DNA from: Planctomycetales bacterium | GTDB lineage: Bacteria; 4484-113; JAFGCY01 | DNA length: 32,000 nucleotides | Direction: 5' to 3' | Assembly: GCA_022646745.1 (NCBI GenBank) | Contig: CP060262.1 | Span: forward strand, 750,001-782,000 | Part shown: piece by piece, positions 22,523 to 32,000 of the stretch | How the letters are laid out: each line of letters begins with the position of its first letter | Position numbering within the stretch: position 1 is the first letter of the stretch | The notes under the pieces: generated by a model | Seen by the model: the letters and a program-made list of their open reading frames with translations, nothing else | The model's database searches: none | Told to the model about the DNA's origin: nothing | Position numbers and translations under genes: made by a program

Positions 22523-23662
22523 CTACTGGGCGGGCTCGCTCAGCTCTGAGATGCGCCTGCGCCAGGGCAGGTCGGGCGAGCCGTTGTCCTTCACCTCACG
22601 GCGCTCGAAGAAGAAGTTGACCGGCCCCTCGGACTCGTCGGTCCAGATCAGGTGGCAGCGCGCAAGTTGCGTACCGCCATCCGTCAGGTGCGGCAGCATC
22701 AGTGGCCCATCCACCGGCAGCTCGCCGAAGCCGTCCCCCGGCGACATCGTGCCCGGCGCGCCGATCACCACCGTGAAGCGCTTGTCCTTCTGCAGCGCCT
22801 TGTAAACAGTGCCGGTCTGGTCGGCCGCCAGCAGGATCGAGTACTTCGCCCCACTGATCGCAAGCTCGGCGGCGCAGTCGTCCAGCAGGGACATGACCTG
22901 GCGGTCATACAGCTCGCGTTCCGTCTCCGGCAGGCGAGGCAGGGAGAGCACGGCCCAGTCCGTGTCCTGTGCTTCACGGACCAGTACGCGGGACAGCTCG
23001 GATATACCCTCCGGCTGGCTGCCTGGCGTGTTGAGGAACAGCGGCCGCGGCTGCAGCCCGCTGACAACATCCAGCTCCTCCGGGCTGAGCAGCTGCCAGT
23101 CACGCATGGCGACGGCACTGTACTGCATCGCTGAGAATGCCTCCAGCACCAGCGCTGCCTGCTCGGGGTGCTCCAGCAGGTCCGGGTTGTACCAGCCGCC
23201 GTAGTCCAGCAGCATGAAGGGGTTGTCACCGATCATCCCGCTGTCGAGTTCGACCCGCACCGTGGAGGCATCGCCCCCGCTGTTGGCAACGCGCATCCGG
23301 TTGTAGTTCAGGATCTCCTGCTCGACCGCAGTCACTTCCGCGGTCAGTGCACTGAGCCCACCTGTCAGGTTGTCCATTTCCACGCTGCCGGCCGGCAGCA
23401 GGCGTCCATGGACGTTGCCCGAGTAGATCAGCACAAGCTGCTTCGGTGCACCGGATTCAGTGGTGCCGGCCGCGGCCAGTGCGTTGTCAGTGATTTCTAT
23501 GGCGGGCTGGGATTCCGCTGCCTGCCCTTCCGCATCGCCAGCGTCAGCGGTTTGCGCAGCTGGCAAGCCTGTGCCGGCATCCGTAGCGGCGGGTTTCGGG
23601 CAGCCGCCAAGCAGCAGCATGCAGCACAGCAGGGCAGCCGGAGCTGTCAGTCGTTGGATCAT
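22523..23662 (-). CDS. hypothetical lipoprotein
   Basis: 379 aa with a signal peptide and lipobox LLLGGC. LVLIYSGNVHGRL faintly resembles the first metallophosphoesterase/5'-nucleotidase motif, but the other catalytic motifs are not evident. Confidence 0.6.
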   Translation of the reverse strand: MIQRLTAPAALLCCMLLLGGCPKPAATDAGTGLPAAQTADAGDAEGQAAESQPAIEITDNALAAAGTTESGAPKQLVLIYSGNVHGRLLPAGSVEMDNLTGGLSALTAEVTAVEQEILNYNRMRVANSGGDASTVRVELDSGMIGDNPFMLLDYGGWYNPDLLEHPEQAALVLEAFSAMQYSAVAMRDWQLLSPEELDVVSGLQPRPLFLNTPGSQPEGISELSRVLVREAQDTDWAVLSLPRLPETERELYDRQVMSLLDDCAAELAISGAKYSILLAADQTGTVYKALQKDKRFTVVIGAPGTMSPGDGFGELPVDGPLMLPHLTDGGTQLARCHLIWTDESEGPVNFFFERREVKDNGSPDLPWRRRISELSEPAQ

Positions 23663-23669
23663 CCCGAGG

Positions 23670-23675
23670 ATTTTA
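23670..23675 (-). promoter_or_regulatory. -10 box TAAAAT 7 nt before the ATG (leaderless geometry)
   Basis: Minus strand reads gggTATAAAATcctcgggATG. Confidence 0.4.
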
Positions 23676-23701
23676 TACCCGGCCGGACGGCCATAGGCCC
23701 A

Positions 23702-25069
<1,368 letters not shown>

Positions 25070-25077
25070 GTTCGCTG

Positions 25078-25086
25078 ATTATAACA
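25078..25086 (-). promoter_or_regulatory. extended -10 TGTTATAAT 8 nt before the clpX ATG
   Basis: Minus strand reads aaTGTTATAATcagcgaacATG. No SD sequence. Confidence 0.5.
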
Positions 25087-25283
25087 TTTAACCTATACAA
25101 AGGTTTGGATGATACTGTCTGTCCGCCACTGGATTAATACCCACGGACTGACAAAGGAATCTATCGCCCCAAAAGGCTCCGCGCGTAAATAATAACGGCA
25201 GAACTGTTGCCGGACTTGACCGGAATCAGCCGAGGGACGCCCTGTTTGACGGTTTCCGGTTCAGCTTCCGCCGCAACCTGCCC

Positions 25284-25289
25284 TAGAAT
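25284..25289 (+). promoter_or_regulatory. -10 box TAGAAT 6 nt before the GTG start (leaderless geometry)
   Basis: ccCTAGAATctgctgGTG. Confidence 0.45.
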
Positions 25290-25295
25290 CTGCTG

Positions 25296-26123
25296 GTGAG
25301 GATCTACAGGTACAGGCTGGGTACGAGCACCCACTACGGAGAGATGATCGGGGAGGACCTGCTGGCGCGCTGCGTGCGCCTCAGCCCCTACAAGTTCGAG
25401 CTGAAGCGCACCGGGCATGAGGACCGGCTCAGCGAGGTCGAGCTGCTGGTGCCCGTCAAGCCGAGCAAGGTGGTCTGCGTCGGACGCAACTATGTCGAGC
25501 ATGCGAAGGAACTCGGCAATGTCTCTCCGCTGGACAAGCCGCTCCTGTTCCTCAAGCCGCCGAGCTGCCTTGTGCCGCACGGTGCGGAGATCATCCTGCC
25601 CCTCGGCAGCGAGCGTGTGGATTACGAGGGCGAGATCGCGCTCGTGATCAGCGACCGCTGCTACAAGGTCAATGCCTCCAAGGCATACGACTACCTGCTT
25701 GGAGTGACGGCCTTCAACGACGTTACGGCGCGTGACTGGCAGCAGAGTGACGGACAGTGGACCCGCGCCAAGGGCATGAACACATTCGGCCCCTGCGGCC
25801 CCTACATCGATACCAGCTCAGCCGAGGCCCTGCGGATCGGCGGGCGGCGGCCGGTGGCCCTGACGGTGACTACGGAACTCAACGGCCAGCGCGTGCAGCA
25901 TGGCAGCACGGAGCAGCTGGTGTTCGGCTTTGACAACCTGATCAGCTACGTCTCCCAGCTGATGACGCTGGAGGCCGGCGACATCATCGTGACCGGCACC
26001 CCGGCCGGCGTCGGTCCGCTGAAGCCCGGTGACAGGGTGAGCGTGGCGCTCAACTGCGGCCCCTGCCTGGAGAACACCGTGGTGGCGGACACGCCCTACG
26101 AGGGCCAGCCGCTCGAGCACTGA
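25296..26123 (+). CDS. fumarylacetoacetate hydrolase (FAH) family protein
   Basis: 275 aa. Motifs KVVCVGRNYVEHAKE, FLKPPS, VDYEGEIALVI, AFNDVTARDWQ and DIIVTGTPAGVG are typical of FAH-fold hydratases/isomerases/decarboxylases. Confidence 0.85.
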   Translation: MRIYRYRLGTSTHYGEMIGEDLLARCVRLSPYKFELKRTGHEDRLSEVELLVPVKPSKVVCVGRNYVEHAKELGNVSPLDKPLLFLKPPSCLVPHGAEIILPLGSERVDYEGEIALVISDRCYKVNASKAYDYLLGVTAFNDVTARDWQQSDGQWTRAKGMNTFGPCGPYIDTSSAEALRIGGRRPVALTVTTELNGQRVQHGSTEQLVFGFDNLISYVSQLMTLEAGDIIVTGTPAGVGPLKPGDRVSVALNCGPCLENTVVADTPYEGQPLEH

Positions 26124-26208
26124 AGAAAATGGCAACGGGCGAAGCAGCGCTGCTACGCCCGCCGCCGGATTGCCGGCACATCCCTCTTTCCTACCCTGAC
26201 CGTCAGGC

Positions 26209-27894
26209 TCAGACCCTGAAGTGGTGCACGAGCTCCTGCAGGTCAGCGCTCAGCTTGGACATGTTGATCGCGCTGGAGGCGATCTCCTGCATGCTGGCAC
26301 TCTGCTGCTCGGTGGCCGCGCTGACCTCCTCGCTGGCTGAGCTGTTCTCCTCGGCGATTGTGGCAACCACGTTCATCGCGTCCACGATCTCCGTCGAGCT
26401 GGCATTGATCTGCTGGCTGGCGGCGCTGATCGACTGGACCTTCTCACTGAGGGCGTCGACGCCGGTGACGATCTCCGCCAGCACGCGGCTTGCACCGGAA
26501 ACGGTCTCGGCACCGTTGGCAACCTCCTGGTTGCTGCGCTCCATTGCGCTAAGGGCGGTGTCCATCTGCTCCGCGATGTCCCGCACGAGGCGCGTGATGT
26601 TGCCGGCGGCCTCGTTGGATTCCTCCGCAAGCTTGCGGACCTCCTCCGCCACCACCGCGAATCCCCGACCGGCATCGCCGGCACGGGCCGCTTCGATCGC
26701 CGCATTGAGGGCCAGCAGGTTCGTCTGGTCCGCAATGCCTGTGATGATGCTGATGAATTCACTGATCTGCTGGGTCTTCTGCCCGAGGCCGCGTACGACC
26801 TGCGCGGTGTCCTGCACGCTTTCCGCGGCACGGTTGATGATCTGCACCGCCTGGTCAGCGCTCTGCTTGCCTTCGCTGCCCTGCGAGGCGGCCAGTGAGG
26901 CGTAATGTGCGACCTCGTCGATGTCATGGCTGACGATCTGGATCGCCTTGGCATTCTCACCGAGGTTCTCCTGGGCCTGGCTCAGGCTGCGGGTCGTCTC
27001 CTGGCTGCCCTTGGCAACCTCCTGCACGGTGTCACTGACCTGCTGGATCGCCCGGCCGGTCTCCTCAGCACCGGTGGAGAGCTCCCGGCTGGCGGCGGCC
27101 ACTGAGTTGGCAGCACCGCCGACCTGGCTGATCAGCTCACGGGTCTTCTGCTTCATCTCGATGAAGGCCCGTGTCATGTTGCCGATTTCATCCTTTGTCG
27201 CATTCTCCGCGATCTCAAAGGAGTAGTCGCCTTCGCTCATGGTGTGTGCGGCAGTCACGAGGATGCTCAGTGGCTTGCGGATGGATACAACAAGCACCAG
27301 TGCGATCAGCATCGAAGATACCAGCACGAGCGCTCCGGAAACGATCGCGGTGACGGTTGCCGAACCGATGATCTCGCGGCGCTGCTCACGGGTGTGCTCA
27401 ACCAGGGCTTCCACTGTAGTGTCCGCCTCTCGCGCCGCCTCGTCAGCATGGGCACCTTCGACACTCAGTGACTCATTGCGGATGCGCATCGCCTCTTCCC
27501 AGTCGCCGGCCTGCGCAGCCAGCAGCAATTCATCCGCCGAGGACATGTAGTCGCTGACTTGGTCCTTGTAATTGTCGAATTTCTCCCGTAACTCCGGAAG
27601 GATGGACGGGTCAAGTTCCGCCATGCCTTCGTCATAGACCTTGCGGGTTTCCGCCAGCTTCTCGAATGAAGCCTCGTCGCGGTCCAGCAGGACCCTGAGC
27701 GTAGCCATGCGCACATCCCAAAGCAGGTATTTGTTGTAGTTCATCTCCGCATCATTCTCACCGGCAGTAGCGGCAAGTACGGAAACTTCCTGGATAACGT
27801 GCAGGCTGTAGACAGAGTAGACGGCCGAGGCGAGACTGATCAGGATGACCAGTCCGAAGCCAAGCACCATTCTTCCGGTCAATGTGGTTTTCAT
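26209..27894 (-). CDS. methyl-accepting chemotaxis protein (helical-bundle periplasmic sensor)
   Basis: 561 aa with AAGGAGG 7 nt upstream. TM1, a ~150-aa helical periplasmic region, TM2, HAMP, and a signalling domain with [41 protein letters not shown]. Confidence 0.9.
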   Translation of the reverse strand: MKTTLTGRMVLGFGLVILISLASAVYSVYSLHVIQEVSVLAATAGENDAEMNYNKYLLWDVRMATLRVLLDRDEASFEKLAETRKVYDEGMAELDPSILPELREKFDNYKDQVSDYMSSADELLLAAQAGDWEEAMRIRNESLSVEGAHADEAAREADTTVEALVEHTREQRREIIGSATVTAIVSGALVLVSSMLIALVLVVSIRKPLSILVTAAHTMSEGDYSFEIAENATKDEIGNMTRAFIEMKQKTRELISQVGGAANSVAAASRELSTGAEETGRAIQQVSDTVQEVAKGSQETTRSLSQAQENLGENAKAIQIVSHDIDEVAHYASLAASQGSEGKQSADQAVQIINRAAESVQDTAQVVRGLGQKTQQISEFISIITGIADQTNLLALNAAIEAARAGDAGRGFAVVAEEVRKLAEESNEAAGNITRLVRDIAEQMDTALSAMERSNQEVANGAETVSGASRVLAEIVTGVDALSEKVQSISAASQQINASSTEIVDAMNVVATIAEENSSASEEVSAATEQQSASMQEIASSAINMSKLSADLQELVHHFRV

Positions 27895-28290
27895 GCTGAA
27901 CCTCCTTGCAGCTTCATAGCGCGGAACATTCCGCGCACCAATAGCGCCCCTGGATTGGGATTTGGTTGGGGGTGCTTAGGTTGGGGTCCCGGCCATTCTC
28001 GGGTGGGCTTGCAGTTCTGGCAACGCAGTGCCACTTGTGCAGCATTCCTGGTTCAATGGGCCAGGGGGACGGGAAGCGGGGGTCCACTGCTGTCTTCAGC
28101 ATGCCCATTTCCGCCCTTTGCCGGCAGATTGAATGATGGATACATGCCTCAAGATCAACACTGTTCTTCCCGTGTGTAGTGGTGACTAGATTATCCCCAA
28201 CCCTTGTCTCAGTAAGCCAAATCCAATGATAAACGCCATTAACTATATGTGTTATCGTAATTGAGACTCAGGTGCACCCGTGACCGAGAA

Positions 28291-28325
28291 GAAAATGCAA
28301 AAGGGGCGGAGACATGCTCCGCCCC
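28291..28325 (-). terminator. rho-independent terminator of the upstream MCP gene
   Basis: Minus strand has ggggcggag / ctccgcccc, a 9-bp stem with 5-nt loop, followed by ttttgcatttt. A second small hairpin ggccc-gcaa-gggcc lies between it and the stop codon. Confidence 0.75.
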
Positions 28326-28360
28326 TGATGTTTCCTGCGTGTGGCCCTTGCGGGCCGGTC

Positions 28361-30268
28361 CTAGCTGAGCTTGAAGCCGCTCACCATCGCGGTCAGCTCC
28401 TGGGCCAGGGCGCTAAGGTGGCCAGCGTTGTCAGCCACGCCACGGATGTTCTCCTGCTGGCTCTGGGCATTGCTGGCAACCTCTTCGCTGGCAGCGGAGT
28501 TCTCCTCACTGACTGCCGCCACGTTCTGCATCACGTTGACGACCTCGCCGGTCGAGGCATTGATCTCCTCGGCGGCGGCGGAGATGTTCTGCACTCGCTC
28601 CGTCAGGTCCTGCACGCCCTTGACGATCTCGTCGAGGATCTCGCTGGCCTGGGCGACGATTGCCGCGCCTGCGCTGACTTCCTCACTGCTCTTGTCCATC
28701 GCATCCAGTGCGGTGGTCATCTCGCCCTCGATGCTCTTCACGAGGCTCGTGATGTTGCCGGCAGCCGTATTGCTCTCCTCGGCCAGCTTGCGCACCTCCT
28801 CGGCCACCACCGCGAATCCGCGTCCGGCCTCGCCGGCACGGGCAGCCTCGATCGCTGCGTTGAGGGCCAGCAGGTTGGTCTGGTCCGCGATGCCGGTGAT
28901 GGTGCCGATGAACTGGCTGATCTGGGCGGTCTTCTCACCGAGTGACTTGACGACGTCACCGGTCTGCTGCACGCTGGCGTTGGCACGGCTGATCACCTGC
29001 ACCGCCTCGTCCGTGGCCTTCTTGCCGTCGCTGCCCTGCTGCGCCGCCTGGGTGGCGAAGCTGGCGACGTCCTCGATGTCGCGGGAGATGTTCTCGATCG
29101 CCATCGCGTTCTGGTTCAGGCTTTCCTGCGCCTCGCCGAGGTTCTGGTTGGTGTCCTCACTGCCGCGGGCCACCTGCTCGATCGTGCGGGTGATCTCCTG
29201 GATGCTGCTCTGGCTGTCACTGGAGGCCTTGGACATCATCTCGGATGAATTCATCACCTGCGATGTGGCAGCGCTGAACTTGCTGATCACACTCTGCATG
29301 CTTTCGATCAGCACGTTCACATATCCGGCCATCTGGCCGATCTCATCGTTGTTCTGTGACTTGACACGGCTCGTCAGGTCGGCCTTGCCGGCTGCCACGT
29401 CGTTGGCAAGCATTTCCACGTCGCGGCTCATGGCGGCCAGCGGCTTGCTCATGGTGAAGGTGGTGGCCACGCCGACCAGCAGTGCGCTGATCAGGATGAT
29501 CGCTACAGCGGCCATTGCAATGCTCTGGTTCTGGGCGGCAATCGCGCCCTCCAGCACGGAGCGGTCCTGCACGACCTCGAACATGCCGTGCACCATTCCG
29601 GGCTTCCAGCCCTCCATCTTCATGCCCAGCGGGTCATAACCGTCGCCATCCGGATCGTCCGCCGCGGTGCCGTGGCAAAGCATGCAGGACTCATCAAGCA
29701 CGACCGCACGGGCAAAGCGCAGCTTTGCATCTTGGGGAGCTGCGGCCACACCGTCAACCTTTTTGCCGCGCATCCAGTGGCCATCCTCGTAGACGGCGTC
29801 ATAGACCTCGCCGTTGTCCATATAGCCAATTGCACTATCGGCTCCACCATCGATCAGGCTGGTCAGGTATTTGAGGAGTACGTCCTCACTCTCATCCGGG
29901 TTGTTCTTTTCATTGCGTGCGGAATGGGCTGGCGTGTGGAATTCGTAACCGGATTCCTCCGACTTCGTTCCGCCGATGGTCCAGCCGGCAACCACAGGGA
30001 TCGTCCAGAAGAACCTGTCAGTGATGTCCTCTTCACTCTTGAGCAGGTCCTCATCGTTGAACACGGTGTACTTGGCGCGCAGGTCACCGATGTAGTTTCG
30101 TCCGTTCTCGGCTTCCTGGGTGATCGCCACGGCCTTCGCCACGAAGCTATCCTGGATGGACTTGCTCACCCCGGTGCTCACGACGAATCCGTTGACGACG
30201 AAGGCGATGATCAGCAATGCAATGATCACCATGATCAGTTTGGCCCTGATGGTCAGGTTCTTTAGCAT
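28361..30268 (-). CDS. methyl-accepting chemotaxis protein with c-type-haem (CxxCH) periplasmic sensor domain
   Basis: Probable start is ATG 30268 ([11 protein letters not shown]..., GGGGG 6 nt upstream); the tracked ORF extends to 30301. The periplasmic region carries [12 protein letters not shown] and [17 protein letters not shown]...[14 protein letters not shown], as in Tll0287-like/DUF3365 haem-c sensor domains. HAMP and a conserved MCP signalling domain follow. Confidence 0.85.
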   Translation of the reverse strand: MLKNLTIRAKLIMVIIALLIIAFVVNGFVVSTGVSKSIQDSFVAKAVAITQEAENGRNYIGDLRAKYTVFNDEDLLKSEEDITDRFFWTIPVVAGWTIGGTKSEESGYEFHTPAHSARNEKNNPDESEDVLLKYLTSLIDGGADSAIGYMDNGEVYDAVYEDGHWMRGKKVDGVAAAPQDAKLRFARAVVLDESCMLCHGTAADDPDGDGYDPLGMKMEGWKPGMVHGMFEVVQDRSVLEGAIAAQNQSIAMAAVAIILISALLVGVATTFTMSKPLAAMSRDVEMLANDVAAGKADLTSRVKSQNNDEIGQMAGYVNVLIESMQSVISKFSAATSQVMNSSEMMSKASSDSQSSIQEITRTIEQVARGSEDTNQNLGEAQESLNQNAMAIENISRDIEDVASFATQAAQQGSDGKKATDEAVQVISRANASVQQTGDVVKSLGEKTAQISQFIGTITGIADQTNLLALNAAIEAARAGEAGRGFAVVAEEVRKLAEESNTAAGNITSLVKSIEGEMTTALDAMDKSSEEVSAGAAIVAQASEILDEIVKGVQDLTERVQNISAAAEEINASTGEVVNVMQNVAAVSEENSAASEEVASNAQSQQENIRGVADNAGHLSALAQELTAMVSGFKLS

Positions 30269-30660
30269 TTGGACCCCCGAGGTCACTAGTATTTCCGCCA
30301 TTTGTCCGGCGGCGCTCTTATTGAAGGATGTTACGCGGATTGCAGCGTTCCATCTTTAACCTGCGATGCAATTGGGGTGCAGATTTGGTTGCGGCCCGCC
30401 ATGTCGTGGCATGGAAGCTATCGTCGGCTGGATCCCGTTCTTGAACGGAGGGGTGTGGTAACTTTGCGGGTACTCAAACCGGAACAATCCAGCTGGACCA
30501 AGAAAATTTTTGTTCCATCCGCAAGTCAGGCCAAAATCGGTGGAAATGTCCGCAATCTGTTAACGGAATTTGATTTTTGGACTGATGTTTTCAGTCCATA
30601 TAATAGTGTGTTCTTCCAGTGTTAATCAGACGCATAAGCCACTTGATAACAAATTACCAC

Positions 30661-30688
30661 TTGAAATTTTCGTAATATGTGCTATATA
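30661..30688 (+). promoter_or_regulatory. near-consensus promoter TTGAAA-N16-TATATA
   Basis: TTGAAA at 30661-30666 and TATATA at 30683-30688. Lies about 90 nt upstream of ATG 30778 in a visibly AT-rich spacer. Confidence 0.5.
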
Positions 30689-30777
30689 TGTTCGTTCTTA
30701 AGAGGTGGCCAGCGGCTACCCGGCGAATGGACAGACCTGACGGCTGTTATTCGCAATTTCCAATTTGGGAGTATAAA

Positions 30778-31185
30778 ATGCGTCTAGTAGTAGTTTTGAT
30801 GGTGGGTCTGTTCCTGATGGCTCTGTGTGGCTGTCCCGCATCCGACAACGGTGGTAGCGATACCCCCGCCGTGACCGGTGGCACCTCTGATGCCGGCACC
30901 GAAAACCCCTGCATGGGTGGTGAGGCTGCTGATGAGCACGCCGGCCATGACCACGCCGCTGGCGAGGGCCATGAGGACGGTGGCGAGAACCCGTGTGGTG
31001 AGAACCCCTGCGCGGGCGACAACCCCTGCAACCCCTGCGGCGGTGAGAATCCCTGTGGTGAAAACCCGTGTGGTGAGAACCCCTGCGGCGACAACCCGTG
31101 TGGCGACAACCCGTGTGGCGATAACCCCTGCGGCGACAACCCCTGCAACCCCTGCGGTGGCGGCGAGAACCCCTGCGGTCACTAG
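30778..31185 (+). CDS. lipoprotein composed of G-D/E-N-P-C pentapeptide repeats with a His-rich patch
   Basis: ATG 30778 has GGGAG 8 nt upstream. Signal and lipobox MRLVVVLMVGLFLMALCG|C. His patch DEHAGHDHAAGEGHEDGG. 14 N-P-C motifs follow. The tracked ORF start at 30679 lies upstream of the promoter -10 region. Confidence 0.7.
   Translation: MRLVVVLMVGLFLMALCGCPASDNGGSDTPAVTGGTSDAGTENPCMGGEAADEHAGHDHAAGEGHEDGGENPCGENPCAGDNPCNPCGGENPCGENPCGENPCGDNPCGDNPCGDNPCGDNPCNPCGGGENPCGH
30982..31176 (+). repeat. in-frame 15-bp coding tandem repeat (ggy-gan-aay-ccn-tgy)
   Basis: About 12 units, differing mainly at synonymous third positions (ccc/ccg, tgc/tgt, ggc/ggt, gac/gat). Two 9-bp aacccctgc insertions create NPCNPC. 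Confidence 0.9.
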
Positions 31186-31213
31186 TAGATAAACGATCAA
31201 CAGAAACGAAACA

Positions 31214-31238
31214 GGCCCGCCGATCCGGCGGGCCTTTT
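31214..31238. terminator. rho-independent terminator between convergent genes
   Basis: ggcccgccg / cggcgggcc 9-bp stem with 3-nt loop, followed by ttttcatttt on the + strand. An A-rich run precedes it, so it may act bidirectionally. Confidence 0.75.
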
Positions 31239-31288
31239 CATTTTCTGATTATGCTGGCGCAAGGCAGATGCAGCCTGCTTTCCCCAGA

Positions 31289-32000
31289 CTAATAATTGGG
31301 GCTGTGCACCTTTGATGGATCCGCCTTGCGGCGGTCCTTCACCGGCTCATCGTTGATGAGCAGGCCATCGCGGAAGCGCAGGATGCGCTTGCAGCACTGG
31401 GCCACCTCTTCCTCATGGGTCACGATCACAAGCGTGATGCCGCCGTCATTGAGCTCCTGGAAGATCTTCAGCACTTCCTCGCCACTCTTGGTGTCGAGGT
31501 TTCCCGTTGGCTCATCGGCGAGGATGATCGCCGGCTCATTCACGAGCGAACGTGCCACGGCGACACGCTGCTGCTGTCCGCCGGACAGCTCATTGGGCTT
31601 GTGGTGAATGCGGTCCCCCAGCCCGACCCGCTCCAGCGCACTCTGGGCACGCTTGCGCCGGTCACGCACGAAACCGCTGTAGACCATCGGCAGTTCGACA
31701 TTCTCAATCGCGGAAGTACGGGGCAGCAGGTTGAAGTTCTGGAACACGAAACCGATCTTGCGGTTCCGCACCCGGGCCAGCTCGCCGTCACGCATGCGTG
31801 ACACATCCGTCCCTTCCAGGCGGTAGGTCCCGCTGCTCGGGCGGTCCAGGCAGCCCATGATGTTCATCGCGGTGGACTTGCCGGATCCGGAGGTGCCCAT
31901 GATCGCCACGAACTCACCCTCCTCGATCGTGAAGTTCACGCCGGCAAGGGCGTGCACCTCATGCGTGCCCATCTTGTAGATCTTCTCAATGTCGATGAAT
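31289..32000 (-). CDS. ABC transporter ATP-binding protein, MacB/LolD/FtsE-like (N-terminus cut by window edge)
   Basis: Walker A GTSGSGKST, Q-loop FQNFNLLP, signature [15 protein letters not shown], Walker B ILADEPTGNLD, H-loop VTHE. The reading frame stays open to position 32000. Confidence 0.9.
   Translation of the reverse strand, partial: FIDIEKIYKMGTHEVHALAGVNFTIEEGEFVAIMGTSGSGKSTAMNIMGCLDRPSSGTYRLEGTDVSRMRDGELARVRNRKIGFVFQNFNLLPRTSAIENVELPMVYSGFVRDRRKRAQSALERVGLGDRIHHKPNELSGGQQQRVAVARSLVNEPAIILADEPTGNLDTKSGEEVLKIFQELNDGGITLVIVTHEEEVAQCCKRILRFRDGLLINDEPVKDRRKADPSKVHSPNY

Noticed and set aside
28180-28290. FliA/sigma-28 promoter for the downstream MCP (tacgataa on the minus strand)
   Set aside because: There is only a partial match to the GCCGATAA -10 element, and no TAAA -35 at the required ~15-nt spacing.
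28371-29639. 422-aa + strand ORF; similar + strand ORFs at 26129-26905, 9685-10533 and 10377-11246
   Set aside because: All are antisense to strongly supported genes (MCPs, metal permeases). They are Ser/Ala/Arg/Pro-rich translations without start signals.
30302-30777. 107-aa + ORF (30302-30625) and the upstream extension of the repeat-lipoprotein ORF from 30679
   Set aside because: Both lie in the AT-rich promoter spacer and lack RBSs. The 30679 start would sit inside the promoter's spacer/-10 region and would place 33 non-signal residues before the signal peptide.
30982-31176. CRISPR-like or noncoding tandem repeat
   Set aside because: The unit is only 15 bp with no spacers. It is in frame within a well-signalled ORF and varies mainly at synonymous positions. 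The 133-aa and 138-aa opposite-strand ORFs (30747-31148, 30784-31200) are repeat artefacts.

Overview
High-GC bacterial chromosomal segment. Hand counts of sample 60-nt lines give about 60-70% G+C. The organism is a diderm, judging from lpxA, an OstA/LptD-like protein and many lipobox proteins; I cannot assign a taxon from sequence alone. Most of the window is core or housekeeping: a DoxX-family protein, a Gfo/Idh/MocA oxidoreductase, lpxA, a flavin reductase, an ltaE-saccharopine dehydrogenase-like operon, scpB, clpX, an FAH-family hydrolase, two methyl-accepting chemotaxis proteins and a partial MacB/LolD-type ABC ATPase. The largest functional unit is a six-gene minus-strand metal-uptake operon (9051-14571): a DtxR-family regulator, two TroA/ZnuA-type binding proteins, an ATPase and two permeases. 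Its gene junctions overlap, and a tandem palindromic operator array lies over its promoter. No CRISPR array, tRNA/rRNA, transposase, integrase or recognisable defence or toxin system was found. The parts known families do not explain are: (1) a monocistronic lipoprotein built almost entirely of G-D/E-N-P-C repeats plus a His patch (30778-31185); (2) a secreted protein with a metallothionein-like Cys/Lys tail (6029-6772); (3) a strongly AT-rich orphan lipoprotein ORF bracketed by inverted, G-quadruplex-capable repeat arms and followed by a 234-bp-period structured direct repeat (8086-9016); (4) three tandem paralogous 2-TM proteins (1962-3609); (5) an orphan promoter-to-terminator sRNA-like unit (636-759) followed by two 45-nt repeats; (6) a cluster of five very small membrane proteins punctuated by a 34-nt repeat (14668-16095); (7) a recurrent geometry in which a -10 box, often TGCTAGAAT, sits 6-9 nt from the start codon of at least eight genes, implying leaderless mRNAs. 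Functional interpretations of items 1-6 are inference only.
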